A DNA stretch of 64,000 nt from Paraspadella gotoi. Lineage: Eukaryota; Animalia; Chaetognatha. Made by a program: the position numbers and the translations under genes. The stretch is taken from positions 19,868,880-19,932,879 of the forward strand of contig CM119265.1 of NCBI GenBank assembly GCA_051294375.1, given 5' to 3'. Within the stretch, counting starts at the first letter, position 1. The number at the start of each line of letters is the position of its first letter. The notes under the pieces are model-generated. The model saw only the letters and a list, made by a program, of their open reading frames with translations, made no database searches and was not told the origin of the DNA. Positions 46,905 to 58,344 of this stretch are shown piece after piece.

Positions 46905-48413
46905 TTCGGTTTTATTGAAATATATTATTGAAATATATTATTTTCGGAAGTGGAATGGCTTTTCGCCTGCGTTCACATGGTTTTCAACCTTTTAAAAATG
47001 AGGGGGAGAGAAATGTCTTTGGTAATAAAAGTGATTGGGGAAAAAACTTTAGAAAAATTACTAATTAAATTGCTACAACTCAATTAATTACACTGGTTTT
47101 CGTTTAAATATGAAAATTTTAAATTGTGTTTGAGAGTTGAAGTGGCGATTTAGAATTAAGATCGACGAAAAATCATAACTGAAATATTTGAATTCCGGCT
47201 TGCTGAGGCAAGTTCGAAATGGCCTGAACCTGACAGCACTTCAGAATCAAATGATGTAATCTGATGTAACATGGGTTGGGTGATATATCTTTTTATAATA
47301 CAACCAAAGCGGCTCGGTTTATGGTAAAACATTAGCAAAACTCAACGTGAAGCACTTTTTAATATCAACGGTTTAAGCTTTTTTAAAGCATAAAGCATAT
47401 ATCTAAGAAGCCTTGAAGTTTAACCTGAAATTTGATTTTAACATTATCTTTGAATGTTTTTTTTTAACCTAAGCGAATAACTAAATAGAGATACTAGGTA
47501 ATCTTTATCTCATAGCGACATACAAATATAGCAATGAGCGTAAAATCGTTTGGTTTTTGACAATACCAAAAATCGAATATATTTTCGTTTCTTTTTAAGA
47601 GATAAAGAACTACCTGTGGATTATTTGTCCGTGTAAATGTTTGCTACGTCATCTTGACTACTTTGAATACAGAATTTTTGGTTTACTTCGCCGGAAAAAG
47701 CTGTTATTTACGTATTTTTCGTAAATTCAAATCTGGATGTTTTCGTTGATTTGGCGCGACGGGGAGGAAGAAAGTCCCGGATGTGATAGAAAGCAGAGGG
47801 CGATGCTCGCCAGAGGGACTCGAGTGTAGCTTCAGAAAACAAATGATTTAAGCATTACCCAATTAAGATTACTAAGAATACTAAGAATAGCTAAAAACCA
47901 AGGTAAAATAAGGTAAAATAAGTTTTTAAATTGCGTTGAATTAATTTTGTTTTATTTAACTTATAGCATCTGACTTGAAATTTCCATAAAAACATTTCAC
48001 ATTTAACTTTGAACACGTAAAATTGATCGGAAACTTAATAGTAATAACATTATATGATATAATTATTATTGATAAATAAAAAAGCATGAAATTAACGGAA
48101 CATTCTATTGTGATTTTCTTAACTTTCCTCCGATCATATTCGTACGTACGCGCATGCTAATGAAAAACTCCACGACCCAGGAAACAACAATTGGTCGTGA
48201 TCCAATCAGAGCAATGGGAGCGTCGAGGCAATAAAAGCGATAGAAAAAAAAATTAATGTTTGTCCGGCGGTTCTGACCAAACAAGCTGATGTCATCGGTG
48301 AGGAGGCCTTATTTGAGATCAGTACTCAACTTGATTCGGTCCCAACCCTCTACCTCACTCACTGGCCCAAACCTCTAAAAACTACATAGCAGATCAAGCG
48401 TCAAAAAATTAGC

Positions 48414-48460
<47 letters not shown>

Positions 48461-48674
48461 GATTTCGTGTCCTCTGCGAGAGAGAGAGAAGAGGAAGAGG
48501 AGAGCCGAGTGTCGGAGCTGGAATGAGACAGAATGAGACTGCATTCGATGCCTCCGAAAAAAACATTTTTCCCTACGATTCGCAAATCGTGTGATCGATC
48601 GATGGCGCAAGCAACTTTTCCGGAGTGTCATCGATTCTACCCTCAACATTAACTTACCTATTTTTTTAGTTTGG

Positions 48675-48733
<59 letters not shown>

Positions 48734-50237
48734 GGTCGACGTGTTTAGAATAGGGACATGAGGTAAAACTCCCTCCGAATCGAAAAACCGGTCGATGTCC
48801 TTACAGATTTATTTTAATGCGACCAATGAACCATGAAGTCGAACGGTTGTTTTCATTTTGTCTTCATTTTTTGTATAAATTTTATATAAAGTTGTATTAA
48901 AAAAGACAAATGACTCTCTCGAAAGTTCTGGTTTGGTTCTCATTTGTTTTTAAGTAGATATATTCACTTATTTGTGATCTCTCACGGCATCGCCTTTTAT
49001 TGACGTAACGGGTTTTTCATTGTGCACAAGTCTGCATCCAGTCATTATCCATATTTCCATTGATTACATCTTTCTAATATAGCGGTTTCTAATATATTTG
49101 AGGTCATCGAAACATATACATTATACAATTTAAGAGTTCATCCTACGCTTCTGTATGGCATATTTTTTTTTAATTTTAAATTTTGTTTTACTTTTTTTTA
49201 AAAATTACCAGGCGTCAGTTGAATTTCACCGACCTTTTTTATCGGGATTAAAAGTTAATTAAATAGTAGTGACTAACCTCATCAGCTGGAGTGTTATTGA
49301 TCTTATCTGTGCCCATCGTTATCTCCGTTTAAGTCGTCATTTCGTTCTGAAAGAAAAATTACTCGATAACTATTCCTTAGATTTCAAAATACTGAAAATT
49401 TCCTTCTTTTTTGGCTCGTCACAGTGGGCAATTTAACTCCCGAGAGCAAAAGTTCATTGGCTCAAATACTAATTAAACTTAATAAAGATTCCTTAGCTTC
49501 GTTCCTTCGTCGCACTAATTCGGGGCGATGATCGTAGCCCGGAGAAATAATTTCGCACAAAGTCTAAGACTAAGATAGGATTCTAACAAAAATTCCAATT
49601 TTATCCAAAATGAAAGAAATCTTGTTCGACGAAATATTTTCACTGAACAGAAGAAAAAAAATTCCACCCATGTTTTTGCAATTAGTAGGAAAAAAATTTT
49701 CTTCATAACTAATGACCTTAATCGATAACGATTTCAATTTTCCAATATAATAGAAAAACTAGTAATACTGAAGTATGGTCAGTTACAAATATTTATGAAG
49801 AAAGAATATTAAAAGTGTTTTATCCAATTAAAATGGTTATTGCCTAGACCGCTCCGATTTGGTTTCTTCTTGGCTCGATAAGGAAGAGGGTTTGGCCCAA
49901 TTGTGGTCTGATGACGTGTGCCGACCGCCGAGTTTACTCACCAAGGGCTTTGTCCGTACAGGGCCAAAACAGGTTTTTTTACGTTTTTTTCTCATTTTTT
50001 TTTTCCTAAAATTTTTTCATTAATTTTTATGAAACAAATCAGTAATCTCGCCGTTTCAAAATATACGTTTTGAATGAAGTTTGGTTGTGAAACTTGCTTT
50101 AATGCATGAAAACCTAAAAAAAACTGAAAAAAAAAGACCAAACAAAACGCTTCAAATCAATCACGAAAATACAATAATCCACGAGTTAAAAAAATAATAA
50201 ACGGAAAAAAAAAGTCGAAAAATAAACTGCCGTCACC

Positions 50238-53200
50238 ATGTCACTCGGCGGCTCGATGGTCTCGTGGATGAACGCGACGGCGCGGCAACATTTCCACATC
50301 TACACATCGATGTACTCCAACATGATGGAGCTCTACTCGAGTCGCGGGCTGGACCTGCAGGCCTTCGAGAAGCTGGAATTGCCCGACGCCGGCGTCGTGG
50401 GTTACGTCCTCGCCGGAGCCGTTGTCTGGACCCTCGCCAGATACCTCGTGGAGATTTCGATCCTCAAGGTGAGTCGAAGATCCCAGGTTGGGGTGTAGTA
50501 GCAAAGGGTTGCTTGAAATGCTGGGAGAAATGTGTGTGATTTATGATCATTGAATGTAAAGGGAAGTTATGGGACCTTAAAAATGAGCAATGGTGTAAAA
50601 ACTATAAAAATTATGTCAGAACCCGAAGTGAACCTTTAAGCTATATTGTTTATTTTCTATCGAGGTTAGCTTTTTGTCTTTTCTAATAAAAATGCAAAAA
50701 CTATTAATAATAATCCACTTCAGTAAATTATTCTAGTACAAAATCCGTAAAATATCTTTAATTCACTCATAGAAATATGTATCCTACAACTGTAAATTGT
50801 GATTTGACATTACTATCAATCAATCAATCAATCAATCATATTCGATCTTTAACATTTCTTCGTAATTACCGTACAATAAAAGGGCAATTAAGCTTGTTTC
50901 TGTGACCTATTCTCTATCTTTTTTCGATAAAAACAAATGGTAATAAATCCAAATTCATCTTTAATTATTATTTTTTTCTTTTATCAATAATTAATCGAAA
51001 TCATAAAGCTCTTGACGAATCGCTCTCCAGCGTTTGTATCGAGAGGAGCTTTTTTAAAGAAATTATTTAATCTTTATTGACGTCACGCCATCGTGACGTC
51101 GCCGTTGACTTCTTCGACTTCTATCGATATTTTCTCGAGAGCGTCCGATTCCCGACTTGCTTCACTCCCCCCGTAACTTGTTCCCAGTCCCCCTTTTCTA
51201 TTAAAAATTCTCATTTCATCATCCAATCTCCAACCTGCATCTTTAGATGGCGTTCGATATAAATCAATAATACAATTTCATGCATGATAAAATATTTGCT
51301 TTAATTGAGTAAGTAATAAGTTGTATGAACTGGCTTTCTTTGGTATCGTCAGCTTCGAAAGCGATCCATTAATTAAAGCCCAATGCTTTTTCGTGTGGTT
51401 AATCTGGCTGTACCTTAAATGCGGCTATGCATACTCCGCTTTATTAACTTTAAGTTGTTTATTTTAACAGCGATAAATAAACCAGTTTTTTTTTTAAATA
51501 TCAAAACTCCTTAAAATTAAAAACTAATTTCTATTCTTTTATGCCGTACTTGAAACAAAGCATTTCATAGTTTTAACCTGAGAGAGAAAACAAAGTTTTA
51601 TTTTTCAAACGGACATGTTTCGACTCTTTCCCCCCCCTCCCGAGTCTTCTTCAGCGCAATGCCAAACATTATGAGAGAGAGAGAAAGCATCCAACAAAGA
51701 ATTGAGTTGAAGGATAGTGAGGGATAGTGTTGAGGGTGAGGACAGCTGAAGGTAAGGACAGGAGAGACAGAGAGAGAGTGAAAAGAAAGGAAGTAAGGTC
51801 ATTTGAGAATAAGTAGGGATCAATTTTAAAACGCAACGAAAGTCTTTTCACTTTAGTTTTGACTTAACAAGTTTGAGCAAACAATGCCGGATCTGCCCAC
51901 TATCATTTGCGGTGAGCAGCTGATCAGATAATTAATTAATTAATTAATTAATTAATATTAATTTTTTTTATTTGTGTCAAAATCGTTTTCCACATTGTCT
52001 CGCCTCTCAATCACAAAACAACAATCTCGATCACAAAATTAATTAATTAATTACAATTAATTAATAATTAATTAATTACTTAATTATTAATAATTAATTA
52101 ATGCAGCTTGAATTTACATTTAATATAAAAATATTTGAGATTAAAGACGAAGTCTTATTACATCAACGATTTTATTTTAATGGTACAGACAAGTTTCGGC
52201 TTTCATTAAAGCCTTCAACGGTGCTTTGGCTTGAATGTACCATTAAAATAAAATCGTTGATGTAATAAGACTTCGTCTTTAATCTCAAATAACTCAAACA
52301 CAACGAAAGAAAGTTTAATCACAATATAAAAATAAAAAAGCATAATCAAATAGTGAAACAGATTGTTTGTTTTTTCCATTTTAACTCATTTCTACTTAGA
52401 CGATTCCATCGAAACTTTATTTCCTGCTCAATCACACACTTTCTTACCCACATACAAAAATTGAATTCAATCGCCCAATTCTCACATGGATAATTTGCGT
52501 TAAAATAGTGAAATATATTTTTTTGTTTTTTTCCATTTTAACTTATTTCCACTCAGACGATTCCATCCTCAATCACACAGTTTCCTAACCACACACAAAA
52601 TTTAATTCCAATCCATCCATCAAATTACGAGTAATTGGTGTTTTTTGCTAAGGTGGGACACAGACAGACAGACGGACGGACATAATTTTTTTGGCATAAT
52701 TTATCATAATTTGATGTGCTGACATGATATAGGTAAATGCCCGACAAGATTGGGGGGGCGGACCGACGGACCAACAAAGTGAATTATAGAGCCGGAATCT
52801 GCTGTAAGCACTAAGCAGATCCGGCTAAATATAGGACGTAAAATTTTAATAAAAATACGTTTGGGGCAGCTTTAAACACTGCATGTGTCTAAAATTTGAC
52901 ATCATTAGACCAAATTGTCTAGCGGCTCGCAGGTTAGGAAAGTGAAGTTATTTTTATTGTTTTCACAGCCTTTTGCTTTGAGAGTTGGACTCACTGCGAT
53001 GAACGCCATGAAATTCCCAGAGTCGGTGTGGAAATTAGTCGTACACACCCGACTCTGGATTTACACGGTTAATCTCCTTATTTACCCTGGAGTCTACCCG
53101 TACTTTCACGAGCCAGAGTCCGTTTGGAAAGGTAAGTCACAAGTGACGGTATTTTGGGTCTTTGGTCATTTGACCTCAGTCTAACTAAATTCTTTTCTCA

Positions 53201-54826
53201 TTTATTTTGTTTCACATTTCAATCGAGCCACTGAAGATGACATAGAAACTAAGTCCATATGTCTTATCTCTGTATTTCTCCGTTAATATAATTTTTGTAA
53301 TTTTTGTAATTTTTTATAATTTTACTTCATAAAAATTATAGTAACGTCTTTTTCTCTCTTTCTCCCCCAATGACATCCTCGTCCACGTCCAGACTGGCGG
53401 CTGGGAATGGAGGTCCCGGCCGACATAAAGTGGGTCTATTTCCTTGTGACGAGTTTCTACACGCACTCAGCCTACGCTTCCATATTCATGGATCACAAAC
53501 GAAAGGACACGCTCGCGATGGTCATCCACCACATCGTCACACTGTCGCTCCTCGTCCTCTCGTATTGTACCAGGTAAATGCTCGTTCCGGGCCCTTAGTT
53601 CCAGGCTGGGCCGATTTTCGCCCGTTTAATTTTAACGAAGGTAACTCTTTCTCTAGTTATTTTCGGTTGGGTCTCTTGGTCTTAATCCTCATGGACATCA
53701 CCGACATCGAACTTGAGGTGGCGAAAACCTGCGTTTATTTTCGCGATCGTCAAGGAGCCTCCAAAATGTTCACCAACGTCTGTGAAATTCTTGCCAATCT
53801 GGCGTTCATTGCCTTTTCCATTTCGTGGTAAGGAGATTAGGTCGATGTTATAAAGTATGAACATTTTATCATGTTTATCAATCTTTTTCATAGGGTTATT
53901 TTCCGTTTACATTATTACCCCACGAAAGTTTTGTATGCTACAGGTATGCATAATAGTGCCTTTGATGTGTAAAAACTATGAAATAACACAAAACTTTTTT
54001 AATTATTATGATTGCAGCCATCGTTCCATTCAACATAATGTCTCAAACTGGACAGTATTTTCCCTTTGGGAATCTCTTCAACATATTATTAGGCATTCTT
54101 TTCTTTATGAACATTTGGTGGTTCTATGTGAGTACATCTTTGAATAATTTCTAAACAAAACCGCCTTAATTGATTAATTTGAAAGACTAAGTCTTGAAAT
54201 ATAATTTTCTTCTTTTTTGTTTTCAGTTTTATCAGCAGATTTTATTAAATCCATCGAATAGACGAGACAATAAAATTATGAAAGTAATTTTTTTTGTTAT
54301 AGTTTATCATCGACTTTTTGGTATCAATCGCTTGCGGAAAGCTGGATCGTCTGGAAGATATCAGAGAGTTCGAGGTCAAAGATTCATCCAAAGATGATCT
54401 CAAGTGTTCGTCGACCATCAAGAGTCAAGGCAAGTCATTGGTTTCAGAATTACGTATTTTAATTGTAAGCTAATTTATGAACAGATTGAGGAGACAGTAA
54501 TTATTGTTATGTTAGTGACAGAACCGTTCAATATAGGCAGTCCCTGAGCTTCGGATCAGGCTGTAACACCGTGTTACAGGCGGGTTAAGCGACCACAATG
54601 AGGCGAATGACTTGCCTCCGACACCAATGGCCGCTGATGAACGGTTGGTGGATTTTAGTCCACCATAAGATGTTTTATTGCTAACTTTGCATTTTAGTAG
54701 TTTATTAATAAAACATTTATTTCACAATGCCTATTAATTTCAGTAAATGGACCTGTTGCCAACGGCGTATCTTCAAATGCCAAAAATTCGTCGGCAGTGA
54801 ACGGAATTCACAAAAAACAACTATGA
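50238..54826 (+). CDS. CERS1: Ceramide synthase, CERS1/Lag1 type (TLC domain, no homeobox-like domain)
   Basis: Approximate exons 50238-50468, 52969-53131, 53393-53573, 53658-53827, 53893-53943, 54018-54127, 54303-54429, 54744-54826. KFPESVWK, Lag1 motif RKDTLAMVIHHIVTLSL...MDITDIELE, MNIWWF, LEDIRE; C-terminal KKQL fits a KKxx ER-retrieval signal. Confidence 0.9.
52132..52322 (-). mobile_element. Penelope-like retroelement remnant: perfect 56-bp inverted repeat enclosing a minimal hammerhead-like motif
   Basis: Arms 52132-52187 and 52236-52291 are exact reverse complements; loop on the minus strand reads CCGTTGA-A-GGCTTT-AATG-AAAGCC-GAAA-CTT-GTC; flanking direct repeat AATATAAAAAT at 52122 and 52323. 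Confidence 0.7.
52348..52830. mobile_element. HINE/DINE-1-like non-autonomous element
   Basis: Two internal tandem units of about 150 bp, a (GACA/GACG)n microsatellite and a terminal hairpin GCCGGAATCTGCT...AGCAGATCCGGC; a related hairpin sequence occurs near 41595. Confidence 0.55.
54487..54667 (-). mobile_element. Solo LTR of the miniature LTR retrotransposon at 60510-61161, internally deleted
   Basis: Same sequence as the 60510 and 60930 LTRs but lacking the T-arm/B-box segment; flanked by 4-bp TSD AGAT (54483-54486 and 54668-54671). Confidence 0.9.
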
Positions 54827-57318
54827 GCTTCCCATTGATCTCTCAACCTGTCTCGGGGCTCAACTTACAAAGAGTCACGAAACACTCCGTAGCAACATTA
54901 CAACTTATACTGTTACAGTTAATCACGTACCGTTTTATTTGGGTGGGAAACGCGCGGGAAAACGCTATTTAATTATTTTGGATAACTTCGGCGTGCATTC
55001 GTCGGAATATCTTTGTGTTAGGGCTTAATTAAACCGTCCGTCGAAAGCAGAAACAGGCCTGAAATTATGTGCGCGTTGTTTTAATTTGGTCTTCCCCTTT
55101 TTTAAAAAATAATCGTACAACCAAAAACAGTTTTTGAGCCATAAGAATTACAATTTTTAATATCAGTTTGGTCTATATCTCAGTTTATTTAACAAGTTGT
55201 TGAGAGGCTTTATTTTACTCTGGACTGTTACATATTCTTTGCTTTTATATTATATCAGTTTATACTCATTGAAAGCATAAATAATGTTTCGTAATAACTT
55301 CCAGTAGAAGCATAATGATGACTAAAAAGGCAACAGAAGACTGTGGTTATGTAAAACTATTATTTATGCCTCTATTTTGTTTATATACATTGACTCTTAT
55401 GAAAATTTTATCTACATTAGATTTATGTCTCATATTTTTCACAATATCTAGTTCACATTTCCTCACAAGATCGGAGAATTGAATCAATCTAATTTTTTTA
55501 GCGTTGACCCTTTTTGTGTTAGATTTAATGGGGTTTGTAATATTTCGACAGCAGTGAGCATCATAAAAATTGAATTTTGTGGAATGATTACTGAACGCGT
55601 TATATGAAAACTATCGATTTGTCGTGAATTTCAAATCTTAAAAATTTTGCCCCAAAATTTGAATGTTTTTAAGTTATTTTTAAAACTTATCAATGCATAT
55701 CTTTATCTGTTAAACAGAAACTGTTGAGTATCAAATGTTTGTTTTTAATTTGTTTGGAATTTAAACAAACCGTGAAGGATATACAGTAGAAATTCCCGTA
55801 TTTCGAACACAAGTAACTGCATGTTTCGAAAACCGGAATTTTTTTTTTGTTTATCGCATGTATCGACTTAATATTAATGGCAAATATTATTGATAGATAC
55901 CTTTATTTCTATGCGTGACTTGTGCTACTGACCCACTCCCTTTTATTCGAAGGAAGTTAAAAAAAGCAATCAAATTATATCGAACGAACATTATCGTATT
56001 CGTTTTCTTCCTTCGAAATTCTCTTTACTCATGCATCTCTTATGTCGGTGGATTTATCTTTGTCTGTGATTATTCAATTACTCGGCTGATGGTGCAACTG
56101 ACCAAGAAAGGGGACTTTTTTAAGTCACTCGTCTGATTCGATGCGCGCGAATGTCGTTTTTGCTTTCATTCGGTCTCTTTAACTTTGGAGCATTTTCATC
56201 ACCTTTACACGTTTCTATTCCGTGCAAACTTATTTCGTGTAAAACAAAAAGCTCTCGAAGCATTCCATAGGTTTCTGCATTGGAATGACATTGTGAATAA
56301 TTTTTTTAGTTTAAATTGTGCACAATTCGTAAAGAATAAAGGATTTTTACCGTTAGAGTAATGGTTTTATAAACCGTAAAACACCAAAAAATTTTTTTTC
56401 CTCACTCTCGTAGTGACGAGACTGCTGGAAAATATAGTTTAGTTCATACCCTTGCTTGCAGCGGGCTGCCACCATTAAATTTGCACCTTGGTTTCATTCA
56501 GAAACTTTTTACTTTTTATCCCATTTTTATTTGGCAAGGCTTAATAATTTGTTATTGCTCGTTACAATATCTGTAATATCTGTTTTTTCCTTTGTTGTTT
56601 TTAGGAAAAAATAGTTTATTAAACAAAAAGTTTTTCGCATCAGATTTTATCGTCTTTCTAAAGTGACTATGTATTTATGAAAAGGAGATTATAAACCAGG
56701 GCTCTCCGATAGAAAATTGCTTTTATTGTCCTATTTTATGAATCGTGGTTTCGTGACAATTTAAAAATAGGCTGGAGGGTTATATTTGTACGCTCTCCTA
56801 TAACGGACCAGATTTTTACGAGGAGCCCTCGTTTCTGTCTCCATTTTAAGACCTAACGTATAATTTACTTCGATTTTAAATTAAAGATTTTATTTTTGGA
56901 ATTTTAATTTTTAATGTAGTTAATGAATACTTTTAGTCATTTTTATTTTGAGACAATTATATTTTCAGAAAAAAAAATCGCACTCAACCGAAATGTTAGA
57001 ACGAATTCTGGTTTGATTGCGTGAGAAAACACTTCATAAAAGGATGTGTATATAATTTTGAACCCCATGAAGGTTTCGTGAGTTGAATGGAAACAAATAG
57101 ATGTTGTGACACTCACAGCTGCTTCTAATTTTATATTTGGAAGGGATTTCCAAGAGTTACGTAGATCATCAACTAACACTATCTATTTTTAGTTAAATAG
57201 CTTTGTGGTGTTTGATATTTCAGAGTTCAGACTGTGTTGAAAGATTAAAGAAATTGGCGCTTTAGTATGAAATGTTTTTAGTTTTTAGTCAATATTCCGT
57301 ATTTATAACCATAAACAT

Positions 57319-57917
57319 TAGGCCGGAACATGTTGAAAACTAGAAGTTCTCTCAAATAAATAATGGATGGGTGACTGTAAGAGAATATGAAAATAACAAT
57401 AAATTTAAAAATTTATGATAAGCGCACGGAAGCATTTAAAGATTATTTTATTACTATATAAAGTTTAAAATTTTTTTTAATTTTTCAATTTTTTTTAATA
57501 GATTCTGATAGAGCTTTAAAAGTTAGAAAAAGTTTATTAATACAATTTTTTTAATTCTTTTTGTTTTATTGATGAAAATTTAAAAAAAAACATAAAATTC
57601 AGCCAATGATGATGGTGATTTTTTAAGTTTTTTTCTATTTTTAACTAATTTATTGTCAAAAATTAAAAAAATTGTAGTACTAACTTTCATTTAACTTTTC
57701 AAGCTCTATAAGAATCCGTTCTTAAAAAATAAAATTTTTAAAAAAGATTTTTGTCTTTTGTTATATATAATAATAAATATTTAAAAGCTTCCGTGCAACA
57801 ACCCAATAAACTAATTCAAAAAGTTGTATTGAAAATCGATTTAGTAATAGAAGGAAAAAAGATTTTTTTTTTGAGAGAACGAGAAGTTATATTATATATT
57901 ATATTTGGTCCGCCTTA
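57319..57917. mobile_element. About 600-bp MITE-like element, copy 2 (hAT-like by 8-bp TSD)
   Basis: Ends TAGGCCGG ... CCGCCTTA; flanked by direct repeat ATAAACAT (57311-57318 and 57918-57925); colinear with 12488-13104. Confidence 0.8.
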
Positions 57918-58344
57918 ATAAACATTAATTTGATAGTGAATTGTGAAAATTTATTTTAAAAAAATAAATAAATTCAAAGATTATTAAAATAACGTTGGAG
58001 AAGAAAAAAATTGCATCCCGCTCCCGCGCAACGATGGCGATGAAGAGCAAAACTACGACGAAGCTCATCGATCGACTGATCAAAACAACTGTGACTCCGA
58101 GGTTGTTCTTCTCATATATTTTTTTTTTCAACAGCCTCGATGTTTTCGTTGGATTGTTGACGGTTGCCTTTGTAAAATATCGAATTTTAAGAAATCGTTA
58201 TTGGCAAGAAAAACTCATATTAAAAATTATATTGAGTTTGTCACGGTAGACACGGAAATACGTGAGCCGGTTGTGATTCTCTCCCTTTTCTCTCGTTCAC
58301 TCAAGAAAACAACATGGATTGAAGATTCACAGCAACGGAAAAAG

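Noticed and set aside
55783-56020. Possible Tc1-type MITE starting TACAGTAGAA with TTCGAA motifs
   Set aside because: No convincing matching right terminus or TSD found.
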